DNA of 64,000 nucleotides from an uncultured Bacteroidales bacterium. Lineage in GTDB: Bacteria; Bacteroidota; Bacteroidia; Bacteroidales; UBA10428. Within the stretch, counting starts at the first letter, position 1. Each line of letters starts with the position of its first letter. The translations under genes were made by a program, and so were the position numbers. The stretch is taken from assembly GCA_964618645.1 (NCBI GenBank), contig CAZUBW010000001.1:83236-147235 (forward strand). The letters are read 5' to 3'. Of this stretch, positions 42,326-51,315 are shown piece by piece. A model generated the notes under the pieces. It saw only the letters and a list, made by a program, of their open reading frames with translations. It was not told the origin of the DNA and ran no database searches.

Positions 42326-42441
42326 CCTGATCTGTATCAGACAGTGTGAAAGAATTCTCTTAGCCCGCAAAATTAACATTTTTTAAAACACATCATTTTT
42401 TTAATTTCTTTTGATCAACCAAGTGTTGTAACTAATTTCAT

Positions 42442-42449
42442 TAACTTTG
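42442..42449 (+). promoter_or_regulatory. candidate -7 box (TAACTTTG) for the flippase-like gene
   Basis: Exact TAnnTTTG, 32 nt upstream of ATG 42481. Confidence 0.35.
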
Positions 42450-42480
42450 GCGGCTGAAAGTAAAAGCATTTTGTTGATCC

Positions 42481-43503
42481 ATGGTCAGAAAAATACTGAA
42501 TATTCTTAAATATCTTGCGTTTCTCGCAACCGGGATTTTTGTTTTCTGGTGGGTATACAAGGATGAGCCTATTTCGACCTATAAAACAGTTTTCGGGAAC
42601 CTTAATTTTTTCTGGATTGGGGTTTCGGTAGTACTGAATATTTTATCGCAGATCAGCAGAGCCATGCGCTGGAATATGCTCATAAAACCCCTGGGGTATA
42701 GCCCGCGGCTAGCCAATTCATATTTCTCCGTGGTACTTTTGTATTTTGTTAACCTTTTGATACCCAGGGCGGGTGAAGTCTTTCGGTGTACCGTAATGAC
42801 CCGGTATGAAAAAATTCCTTTTGTAAAACTTGCCGGAACCGTTTTTGTCGAGCGTATGGCAGATTTCATTACGCTGATGCTGCTGGCTGTAATTATTATT
42901 GCCAGTCAGTTTAACGTGTTCATATCCTTTTTCGATGCCCATCCCGAAATGAAAGGAAAGCTAACCGCGCTTTTTTCGATGCAAAATCTGGTCATTGCAG
43001 TGGGTGTATTAACCATACTTTTTCTGGCTTTCCTTGTTTTCAACCGTTATATCAGACAAAAAAAAGCAGAGAAGGAAAACAAGTTTATCAAAAAACTTAA
43101 ACTGATCAAGCGTCATTTCCTCGACGGTATCAGGTCAATAGCCAACCTCCAGAATAAGTGGCTTTTTATAGGACACACGCTGTTTATCTTTGTTATGTGG
43201 CTGTTTATGCTGTATGTAATATTTTATGCGTTCGAACCCACAGCACATCTGACTCTGCAAACAGGTATGATCACATTTCTGATGGGCGGCCTTGCCATGC
43301 TGGCACCTGTGCAAGGAGGCATAGGCCCCTGGCATTTTATGGTTTATGAAACACTTTTCATTTACGGCATTGATAAGGCCGATGGTAAAATTTTTGCACT
43401 GATAGCCCATACCTCCACCAACCTCATTTACCTGGTACTTGGCCTGGTGGCTTTTATTGTGCTTCCGCTGATCAACGCCAAAAGAAAACAAAAAGACAGT
43501 TAA
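42481..43503 (+). CDS. lysylphosphatidylglycerol-synthase-TM / UPF0104 flippase-like membrane protein
   Basis: 340 aa with about 8 TM segments and RAMRWNMLIKPLG with downstream RAGE motifs typical of this family. Confidence 0.6.
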   Translation: MVRKILNILKYLAFLATGIFVFWWVYKDEPISTYKTVFGNLNFFWIGVSVVLNILSQISRAMRWNMLIKPLGYSPRLANSYFSVVLLYFVNLLIPRAGEVFRCTVMTRYEKIPFVKLAGTVFVERMADFITLMLLAVIIIASQFNVFISFFDAHPEMKGKLTALFSMQNLVIAVGVLTILFLAFLVFNRYIRQKKAEKENKFIKKLKLIKRHFLDGIRSIANLQNKWLFIGHTLFIFVMWLFMLYVIFYAFEPTAHLTLQTGMITFLMGGLAMLAPVQGGIGPWHFMVYETLFIYGIDKADGKIFALIAHTSTNLIYLVLGLVAFIVLPLINAKRKQKDS

Positions 43504-43538
43504 CCGGTGTGGATTTATGGGGTAGCAAATGAGGCCCT

Positions 43539-46115
43539 TCATTCAACCCTAAACCGGAAATAACGTTCTACAGGATTTCCATCTGCGTCAATTCCGGTAA
43601 GGTGTCCCTGGAAAACTCCTTTGATATCAGATGTGTAAAAACTTATCAGTACAACATTTGCCTTGTTCATTGTAATCTTCGGATTCCAATACAATGTTTT
43701 CCGGTTATCTGACGATGCAGAGCTCTCAATGGAATAATCAGGAGAGTAAAACTCTCGCCCTGAATTCAGGATGTTCGTCCCAATCTGTAACTGCGGCTGC
43801 CTGTATCGATACATACCCTGAATGGTGGTAATTTCAATTACACCCCCGAAGTTGAGCGGTGTATATTTGTGAATATCCAGCAGCGACTGTGATATGTTTA
43901 TATTGGTAATGTCCGAAGGAATAAGACTCCTGAGCATGTCGGCCTGGTTACCCTTTAATGAACCGTTAATGACTATGATGGCTTCACCAGGTTTTACAGA
44001 ATCGATGTACTGCCTGTTCTCTGTAAAGAATATTTTGTTATCCCTAATGATGCAGGGCTTAATATCCTGGATTATATCAATAACATCGGTATAATTGGCA
44101 TATTGATTCGGGTCGTACTTTTTTCGCGATTCTTTTGCCGTTTTCCGGAATTTACCCGGTCCATACCGGAGTTCGTAAACCAGGTCGGGCTCGCCATAAG
44201 TTAAAAGGTCCTGTACTTTTAGTTTATGCAGATGTTTTGTATCTTCAGTCAACGTCTTTGCTACTTCCCGGGCGTAAACCTGGTCGGTCTCAGCATTCAG
44301 ACTGGTTTTGCCGGTGGCATCATAGGCTTCAATGTTTAGATATTTAAAATCAACTATATCCGTTCCAAATAGTACATTAAAATAACCTGTTTCATCGGAC
44401 TGGGTTTCGTAAGACCGGTAATTGGGGAAATGAGTAACCCTTATTTTGGCCAGTTGTGCAGTGTTTTCTTTTTTATCCGTTACACGACCGGATAATCCAT
44501 TGTGGCAAACATACGGCTGCCTTTCACTGTCCGCCGCCAATACCTCGCTCCAGTCAACTATTTTGTAATGGGTGGTAAGCAGTTCAATATCAGAGGGCGA
44601 TTTGGAGTCCAACGACGACGGGGAGATTGTATCGCATGGATCAGCATTAATAACCTGGTAAAAGTCACGGGTTGAGCGGTTACCGGACAAACGATCCAAC
44701 GACACTGCCATTGCCAGGTTATTTACCTTGCTGTTACCGGGATATTCAATAAGAACGTTCACCCGCTGCCGATTGCGGTAGATCTGATGGTCGGTTTTGA
44801 TTGCCAATGCCTCATGCAGCGTTTTTGCCTTTAAGAGTCGATCAGCCAGAAGTATTCCCCGTGAATCAAATAACGAGACTTGCATGATACCGGTAGAGGC
44901 CGGAACCAATGGAACAGTAACCAACGTGTCTCCACTGTAGGATAATCTGTAATTCCAGACGATCTGAGATTCCGATACGGCAACCAGGTATTGTGTCCGG
45001 TGTTGATTTCCTGTACTGGCTATATACAAATCAGCAGAATCAGCATTATTATCCATCAGCCGCATGATGGTGCCTTCGTTTTGAGCCATAGGTAAAGCAA
45101 CAATCATCTCCGGGTTCTCCGGTAAGTCAATTTTCAGGTATGATGTATCATTTCCCGGCGTATACATGAATGTTGCCAAACCATTCACCCCGGTTCGTAT
45201 ACGATGCAGAACATTGCCCCTGGCATCTGTAATTTCACCACGGATCATTTCGGGTAATCCGTATGGGTTCATCGCTTTAATGGCAAGGGTATTTTCCATT
45301 CCGATGACCAGATTACCGCCTTCGGGGAAAAACTCAACAGCCGGTTTTTCGGATGATGTCGGAATAAGTAAGGTATAATCACCTGAATAGCGGCGGTTTC
45401 TTATGGCAATACCAAGCATCATTATGCCATTGCCGGTTGGTACTTCAAATTGAATACGTGTTTTGCCCTTTACATCGGTATTACCTGTTCCCCTGATTTC
45501 AGTTTTGCCGAAAGTACCAACTGAATATTCATAATGCACATTCGGAACAACTTTTCCGGCAGGATCAGTAATAATGGCCACCGCGCTTAATGTGTCGCCC
45601 GCAGCGTACACGAGCTTGTCATAGAGCACTTCAACGTGAAAACGCTTTTCAAAATACCTGCTTACCAGTATTTCCTTCCTGTAAACTTCCCGTGGGCATT
45701 GGTTTTTCATCCAACCTGAATAAGCCACCAACCAGTATTTGCCGGGGATAGTTGATTTGGGAATCAGCAGGCGTCCTTCGGACTGATTGTCTATCAATGG
45801 ATAACGCCTGTAGATGATTTCTTCGCCATTTGTATTTAACAGTTTGATGAAGTAGTCATCTCCAAAAGACTGTGTTGAACCATATGCCGGAACAGTGACA
45901 TAACCCTTAAACCATAGGTCCTCACCTGCCCTGTATACAAATCTGTCGGTCATCAGATAAGCCTTTTGGGCAAAGAAGTGCTCATGATAATACCTGAGCT
46001 TTTGGGCTAATCCGGAAAAAAACAGGTCATCCGGAGACATTTCCCTGCTTGCTGGCAAAATCGTCAGCAGCGCAAAGACAGGGAAAAGTATCGGATTGAA
46101 TTTGGTTTTTATCAT
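43539..46115 (-). CDS. large secreted protein with MG2 (alpha-2-macroglobulin-like) N-terminal region and a Plug-like C-terminal segment; no beta-barrel
   Basis: Signal peptide; MTDRFVYRAGEDLWFKGYV (MG2-type motif); C-terminal VINGSLKGN...ITNINISQSL...GGVIEITT (Plug-like) and RKTLYWNPKITMNKANVVLISFYTSD. Last gene of the sigma/FecR operon. Confidence 0.5.
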   Translation of the reverse strand: MIKTKFNPILFPVFALLTILPASREMSPDDLFFSGLAQKLRYYHEHFFAQKAYLMTDRFVYRAGEDLWFKGYVTVPAYGSTQSFGDDYFIKLLNTNGEEIIYRRYPLIDNQSEGRLLIPKSTIPGKYWLVAYSGWMKNQCPREVYRKEILVSRYFEKRFHVEVLYDKLVYAAGDTLSAVAIITDPAGKVVPNVHYEYSVGTFGKTEIRGTGNTDVKGKTRIQFEVPTGNGIMMLGIAIRNRRYSGDYTLLIPTSSEKPAVEFFPEGGNLVIGMENTLAIKAMNPYGLPEMIRGEITDARGNVLHRIRTGVNGLATFMYTPGNDTSYLKIDLPENPEMIVALPMAQNEGTIMRLMDNNADSADLYIASTGNQHRTQYLVAVSESQIVWNYRLSYSGDTLVTVPLVPASTGIMQVSLFDSRGILLADRLLKAKTLHEALAIKTDHQIYRNRQRVNVLIEYPGNSKVNNLAMAVSLDRLSGNRSTRDFYQVINADPCDTISPSSLDSKSPSDIELLTTHYKIVDWSEVLAADSERQPYVCHNGLSGRVTDKKENTAQLAKIRVTHFPNYRSYETQSDETGYFNVLFGTDIVDFKYLNIEAYDATGKTSLNAETDQVYAREVAKTLTEDTKHLHKLKVQDLLTYGEPDLVYELRYGPGKFRKTAKESRKKYDPNQYANYTDVIDIIQDIKPCIIRDNKIFFTENRQYIDSVKPGEAIIVINGSLKGNQADMLRSLIPSDITNINISQSLLDIHKYTPLNFGGVIEITTIQGMYRYRQPQLQIGTNILNSGREFYSPDYSIESSASSDNRKTLYWNPKITMNKANVVLISFYTSDIKGVFQGHLTGIDADGNPVERYFRFRVE

Positions 46116-46136
46116 GATATGATTGATTTTGCTAAA

Positions 46137-47777
46137 TTATTCCTGGTCAGCATCCCGCGCTTGTTCATCATCTTCAGGCAATTCTTTTTCGGAGATCCTT
46201 TGCTCTTCTTTTTCTTCGTCTATACGAATGGCCTGAATTTCCCGTTCGGTAAAAAGTGTATTTCTCTTGCCAAGCCTGGTGATTGCCTTTTCCAGGGGCT
46301 CTTCCGGGATAATGATGTTCTCATCCCCCCAGAATTCCTGGTCGGTTTCGCCAATCTGTTTCTCCAGCACATCGCGTGGCTTTGAGACTTCTCCGGTTTT
46401 AAACCGTACAATATTAACGGTATCCTTGCTGGTGATCACAAACTCAGAAACCGACGAAAACACTGAGTTGAATTTATCCTGACGCTTGTCTTTTCGCCTT
46501 CTGACCCTCATGGTGACTTCACTGCGTGCATTGCTCAAATTCCAGCGGCTGTTATACAACCGGTAATAAACCTCATATCTTGCACTCAAGGGCTTAACCC
46601 CGGTTCGCCGTGGGGTTTTTCTTACATAGGTTCCTGCTGCATAACTCATTTCGTTTTCAGGAAGCTCAAAAGAGGCCCCTACAATGGCCAGGGTTTCGAC
46701 ATCAATGAATAACCTGCCTTTGTAACAGGGATACTTTACACCTTCGCGCTGATCAAAGGCAATCACGTATGTCAGCCTGTTGAAATGCGTAATTACCTTT
46801 TCGAGCTGGTATTCATACAGGGCAAAGTAATCGGCATCCAGGAAGGTAGGTTTGTTTTTCACGATATCAAGCTGCAGCGTGTTGTACAAACCTCCCTCGA
46901 CAATAAAATCAACAAACTCCTTTTCATCGGTGTTGCTGCCTTTCCTTCCCTTGAATATTTTAATCTGGTCGTCCCTCACTGAAGTGCAAGGTTCTTTATA
47001 AACCGTAATCACTGCTTCGGAAAGCGATACGTTTTTATTGTCCTGCCGGGTTGCCTCCCTGAAGAAACCGGTAAATACAGCAGCTTTCCGGTCGTAATTG
47101 TCAACAATTGACTCCATGGCTTTGGTAATGATATAAATAGGATCCATGGGTTTTACCACTATTTCCCTGATCTGCATACGTTCGGCTGAAAGTCTTACTA
47201 CCAGGATCCCTGAGTCGACCTCACTGATGGGAATGATTTTCATTTCATAACCCATATGCGAAATACCCAGGGTGTCGAGAGCATCCCCAGGTCTCAGCTT
47301 AATTTCGAACCTCCCCGAAGCGTTGGCAATGGTACCCTTGCTTTGATTACGGAGGAATATGCTGCTATAAGGCAGGGGGCGGTGCGACCGGCTGTCGATA
47401 ACAATACCCCTGACAGACCGGAAAGCGGAAGTTTCAGGCAACCTGACTACTTTGGGTATGAGCAGGATTTTTTTATTTTGCTCAAGAATGGTTATACTGT
47501 CGTATCTAAAAATATCAGCAAGATGCTGTCTGACAGTTTGTTTGCGATGCAAAACCGAAGCCAACCGGCGTGTATCAATTTGGGAAGTATAGGTAAAGGA
47601 GAATCGTCCTTTACGACTGATGGCCTTCAACAGATCATCTATTTCACCGGTGGTATGCGGGATACTTATCTCACGATCGAGCAGGCCCTGCTGGGCCATA
47701 ACCGATATTCCCGTATTCAGAAAGAAAAGGATCAACAATACGGGAAACAAAACCTGGTATTTTTCCCGCAGACTCAT
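46137..47777 (-). CDS. STN (secretin/TonB N-terminal signalling) + carboxypeptidase-regulatory-like domain protein lacking Plug and barrel
   Basis: Signal peptide; STN-like ISIPHTTGEIDDLLKAISRKGRFSFTYTSQID...VRQHLADIF...KKILLIP; CarbopepD_reg VRGIVIDSRSHRPLPYSSIFLRNQSKGTIANASGRFEIKL; about 330 aa of unassigned domain; acidic tail. Starts 11 nt after the fecR stop. Confidence 0.55.
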   Translation of the reverse strand: MSLREKYQVLFPVLLILFFLNTGISVMAQQGLLDREISIPHTTGEIDDLLKAISRKGRFSFTYTSQIDTRRLASVLHRKQTVRQHLADIFRYDSITILEQNKKILLIPKVVRLPETSAFRSVRGIVIDSRSHRPLPYSSIFLRNQSKGTIANASGRFEIKLRPGDALDTLGISHMGYEMKIIPISEVDSGILVVRLSAERMQIREIVVKPMDPIYIITKAMESIVDNYDRKAAVFTGFFREATRQDNKNVSLSEAVITVYKEPCTSVRDDQIKIFKGRKGSNTDEKEFVDFIVEGGLYNTLQLDIVKNKPTFLDADYFALYEYQLEKVITHFNRLTYVIAFDQREGVKYPCYKGRLFIDVETLAIVGASFELPENEMSYAAGTYVRKTPRRTGVKPLSARYEVYYRLYNSRWNLSNARSEVTMRVRRRKDKRQDKFNSVFSSVSEFVITSKDTVNIVRFKTGEVSKPRDVLEKQIGETDQEFWGDENIIIPEEPLEKAITRLGKRNTLFTEREIQAIRIDEEKEEQRISEKELPEDDEQARDADQE

Positions 47778-47788
47778 TTTCAGAAAAA

Positions 47789-48799
47789 CTACTTCCTGAC
47801 AATAAGTGCGGTTCCTGTTGTATCAAATTTCAGGCCGGCAACCAACTCAAGCTCCTTGAGAATTTCGTGCAATGGTTGATCCTGAAACTCTGCCGTAATT
47901 TTTTCCAGAAGAATAACATCAAAGGAAAGGTCTCTGTGAAAATGCCTGGCTATATCCACAATAGCTGAATCTATTGGCGTCTGATCAAAACTAAGGTGAC
48001 CTGTTTTCCACGAAAGAGCGTTTACCGGGATCCGATCCTCGACATGTATTTCGTTGTTATGATGTAAATAACCCGACTGATTGGCTTTCAGACTGATTTT
48101 TCGTGCAATGCTGTCGGCCGAAGAAAGCAAAACGGTTCCGGATAACACTGACACCTGTATCATACCGTTTATCTCGCATACTGCAAATTCGGTTCCGGTA
48201 ACCTCAATGACAGATTCACCGGAATATACCCTAAAAGGCCTGGAAGGATCACGTACTACTTTGAAAAGAGCCTCACCTTCAAGAATTACCTCCCGGGCAT
48301 TCTTTCCAAAATCGTCACGCAGGGTCAAATCCGATCCGGCATTAAGATTAACCGAAGATCCGTCGGGTAAAACAAACTGCTGCAATTTCTGCGGTGCCTG
48401 ATAGGTAATAAAACCCGTGGCTGTTTCGGGTTGCTTATGCGTCAACACCAAACGGTAGAACCCGTATGAAAGACCGAAGGTCAATGCCAGCAAAGCAGCA
48501 ACACGCAGAAAATATGAGGTAAGGGGAATTTTCCGGTAATTCAGGCTAACGGGAATATCAAGCCGGGCGCTTACCTTTTTCCAATCGGCATGGGTATCAA
48601 TTTGTTCAAAAAGCTGTAATCGTGCAGCCTCATTCCAAATATGCTGCATGAACCTGTACTCATCCAGCACTTCCGGATGCCGGGTAGCCTTACGGCGAAG
48701 TTCCTGCCCGTCAGCCACATCAACTTTTTCCAGAAGCATTTTTGTAATTAGGTCTCTATGCATTTTTGGTAATTCCATACTGAATCGTTTATATGACAT
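47789..48799 (-). CDS. FecR-family anti-sigma / signal transducer
   Basis: Cytoplasmic N-terminus, one TM (FLRVAALLALTFGLSYGFY), and a periplasmic FecR domain (LPDGSSVNLNAGSDLTL...EGEALFKV...PFRVYSGESVIEVTGTEFAV). Confidence 0.85.
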   Translation of the reverse strand: MSYKRFSMELPKMHRDLITKMLLEKVDVADGQELRRKATRHPEVLDEYRFMQHIWNEAARLQLFEQIDTHADWKKVSARLDIPVSLNYRKIPLTSYFLRVAALLALTFGLSYGFYRLVLTHKQPETATGFITYQAPQKLQQFVLPDGSSVNLNAGSDLTLRDDFGKNAREVILEGEALFKVVRDPSRPFRVYSGESVIEVTGTEFAVCEINGMIQVSVLSGTVLLSSADSIARKISLKANQSGYLHHNNEIHVEDRIPVNALSWKTGHLSFDQTPIDSAIVDIARHFHRDLSFDVILLEKITAEFQDQPLHEILKELELVAGLKFDTTGTALIVRK

Positions 48800-48890
48800 T
48801 TAAGTTATGAAATTCACTTACTTTTTTTCCCTTCCAACTTATAAACAGTTCATTAACATATTGAATATTTGTTTGTTAATAAATAAGTTT

Positions 48891-49361
48891 TTAACACTGG
48901 CGGATTTTCCCTTCCGGGAAATAATCTGACAATCGCTTGCGCAGAATTTTCAATGCTTTACTGATTTGGGTCTCGACTGTTCGTTTCGACAAATTCAGTT
49001 GTGTAGCAATTTCCTCATTTTTGATGCCCTCAAGACGGTTCATTTTGAATATTTTCCGGCACCGTGCAGGTAATTCTTCAATTACCTGGTGAATACGATA
49101 TTGCAGTTCAACAGAACTGATTTCACTCTCCAGGTTATCTTCATCTACGCGTTCAAGGTCGATACTTTTCAGATGTTTGTCCTGTATGCTGCGTTGGTTC
49201 AAATAATTCAGGCAACAATTATATACCGAACGGTACAAATACGATTTCACCGAAGTTTCAACCGACAGGTTATGCCTTTTTTCATATAGCTTCACAAAAA
49301 AATCCTGGACAATCTCACGTGCAATATCCATGTTGGTTACATACTTGTATGCATAAACCAC
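48891..49361 (-). CDS. ECF-type sigma-70 factor; conserved region 2 continues in frame upstream of the first canonical start (possibly to 49448)
   Basis: Region 2 AREIVQDFFVKLYEK and region 4 LPARCRKIFKMNRLEGIKNEEIATQLNLSKRTVETQISKAL. The only canonical start is GTG 49361, but LDEFEELFKRFYTPL lies in frame 5' of it (see findings). Confidence 0.75.
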   Translation of the reverse strand: MVYAYKYVTNMDIAREIVQDFFVKLYEKRHNLSVETSVKSYLYRSVYNCCLNYLNQRSIQDKHLKSIDLERVDEDNLESEISSVELQYRIHQVIEELPARCRKIFKMNRLEGIKNEEIATQLNLSKRTVETQISKALKILRKRLSDYFPEGKIRQC

Positions 49362-49557
49362 CAGGGGCGTGTAAAACCGCTTGAAAAGCTCCTCGAACTC
49401 ATCTAAGTTACCGGGATTTGAAGATGATATTGAATTATTTGTAATGATATTAAGGGGTTATAGATAAGGTTACAAAAAACAAATCTACAAAAAAGCAATT
49501 ATAAAATGCCTGTTTTACCAAAAGAACCAAAATTGTTGAATCGTTGAACAGAACGAT

Positions 49558-49565
49558 TATCTTTG
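49558..49565 (+). promoter_or_regulatory. candidate promoter for pgl: -7 box TATCTTTG with TTG 19 nt upstream (49536-49538)
   Basis: Exact TAnnTTTG plus a -33-like TTG at canonical spacing, 96 nt upstream of ATG 49661. Confidence 0.45.
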
Positions 49566-49660
49566 TTTATCCGGTATTTTTATGACTATGCTGACGGGTA
49601 AAAAACCTGAAATGCATATGCCGGCCAAAAACGATTTTCGATAAATCAATTGCTGCCCCT

Positions 49661-50872
49661 ATGAAAACCTGTCACCGCATGCTGCTATTCGCCTTATTAC
49701 CTGCAATTATGACTGGATGTACTTCACGAACAGGACAAAAGGAAGCCGAAACAGGCGTTCATGCCGATGCTGCAACAAATAATCCAATGTTATTATATGT
49801 AGGCACCTACACCCGTAAAGAAGGGCACGTAAACGGCAAAGCAACCGGTGTTTATGTTTACCGGATGGACACCGCAACCGGTGCACTCGAATATGTAAGC
49901 GCTTCGCCTTCAACTACAAACCCATCCTACCTGGCCATCGAACCTGGTGGCCGGTTTTTGTATGCCGTAAATGAAACCGGAAGCAATAACCCTGATTCCT
50001 CCGGGACAATCACTGCTTTTGCACTGAAGAACGGAGGCCGGGATCCCGTCTTTATAAACAGCGTACCTTCTGCCGGCAATTACCCCTGCCACATTATGGC
50101 CGATCAAAAGGGGAAATGGCTGGTGGTTTCGAACTACGGAAGTGGCAATAACGCCCTATTCCCCATTGAACCCGATGGTCGAATCGGAATGTTTGTTGCT
50201 GCGGACCAGCACACTGGCAAAGGTCCAACACCCAGGCAACAGCAACCACATGCCCATATGGCAGTAATATCGGCCAACAACAAATTTGTGTATACCTGCG
50301 ACCTGGGAACTGACCGTATATATGTCTATCGGTTACATACAAGCACGGATAAGCTGGCCCCTACCCCGGGTAATTATCATACCCAACCCGGAGCCGGCCC
50401 GCGCCACATGGTTATGCATCCCAACCTGCAAACTGCCTACGTGGTTAATGAGTTAAACGGAACCATCGAAAGTATGCATGTAGATACGGTATCGGGAAAG
50501 CTCAGCCGTTTTCAGGTCATTGCCACACTTACCGACGGAAACCCCAATGAAGCTTCGTGTGCCGATATCCAAATTACCCCATCGGGAAAATTCCTCTACG
50601 CCAGTAACAGAGGTACCTATAATACCATTGCCATGTATGCCATCGACGAAGTGAATGGAGAGCTCACCTGGCTTGGCAGCCAGCACGTGAAAGGAAAAAC
50701 ACCCCGCAGCTTTGCTATCGACCCCACAGGGCAGTTTCTATTGGTGGCCAATCAGGATTCGGATAACATTGTAACATTCCGCATACATCCTGAATCGGGG
50801 AAACTAATGGAAACCGGTGTTGAATCCAACGTGCCCACACCTGTTTGCCTGAAATTCATGCCCCGGCTATAA
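49661..50872 (+). CDS. pgl: 6-phosphogluconolactonase, 7-bladed beta-propeller lactonase family (lipoprotein)
   Basis: Lipobox IMTGC; YVGTYT start; repeated ..NPSYLA.., ..PCHI.., GAGPRHM, PRSFAIDP blades, as in YbhE-type Pgl. Confidence 0.8.
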   Translation: MKTCHRMLLFALLPAIMTGCTSRTGQKEAETGVHADAATNNPMLLYVGTYTRKEGHVNGKATGVYVYRMDTATGALEYVSASPSTTNPSYLAIEPGGRFLYAVNETGSNNPDSSGTITAFALKNGGRDPVFINSVPSAGNYPCHIMADQKGKWLVVSNYGSGNNALFPIEPDGRIGMFVAADQHTGKGPTPRQQQPHAHMAVISANNKFVYTCDLGTDRIYVYRLHTSTDKLAPTPGNYHTQPGAGPRHMVMHPNLQTAYVVNELNGTIESMHVDTVSGKLSRFQVIATLTDGNPNEASCADIQITPSGKFLYASNRGTYNTIAMYAIDEVNGELTWLGSQHVKGKTPRSFAIDPTGQFLLVANQDSDNIVTFRIHPESGKLMETGVESNVPTPVCLKFMPRL

Positions 50873-50884
50873 TGGAGTATTGCA

Positions 50885-51313
50885 ATGGACATTTCACAAG
50901 TACCGGTGGCCGAACGGAATTTTATCCCTGAACTACATTTCAGCGCTTCACGAAGCAGCGGACCTGGCGGCCAGCATGTGAATAAAGTCAGTTCACGCGT
51001 TGAACTGCGCTTTGACATAAGGGCTTCCGGCTTGCTATCCCCGGATGAAAAGGAACTTATTTTGGTAACACTGGCCAAAAGAATAAACAATAACGGCGAA
51101 CTCCTCCTGGTCTGTCAGACAGAGCGCTCACAATACGAAAACAAGGAAAAGGTAACGGAAAGGTTTTACAGATTACTGGTAAAGGTACTTACCCCAAAAA
51201 AGAAAAGAACCCCCACCCGTCCTACACGGGCATCCAGGGTAAAACGACTGGAATCCAAGCGCATACACGCCGAGAAAAAGAAAAGAAGATACGGCAGCCT
51301 CCATGAAGAATAA
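50885..51313 (+). CDS. arfB: alternative ribosome-rescue factor ArfB (peptidyl-tRNA hydrolase, RF-1 domain)
   Basis: 142 aa with the GPGGQHVNKVSSRVELRF GGQ motif and a basic C-terminal tail. Confidence 0.88.
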   Translation: MDISQVPVAERNFIPELHFSASRSSGPGGQHVNKVSSRVELRFDIRASGLLSPDEKELILVTLAKRINNNGELLLVCQTERSQYENKEKVTERFYRLLVKVLTPKKKRTPTRPTRASRVKRLESKRIHAEKKKRRYGSLHEE

Positions 51314-51315
51314 AC

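Noticed and set aside
49536-49557. Hairpin AATCGTT-GAACAG-AACGATT, whose loop resembles the TTGAACAGAC segment of the stop-codon-abutting element.
   Set aside because: The similarity is limited to ~8 nt, the stems are unrelated, and it overlaps the spacer of the predicted pgl promoter. This is most likely coincidence.
49582-49644. A 20-codon upstream ORF (MTMLTGKKPEMHMPAKNDFR) between the predicted pgl promoter and the pgl start.
   Set aside because: It has no conservation information, no obvious attenuator structure and no codon bias signal. It cannot be supported from a single sequence.
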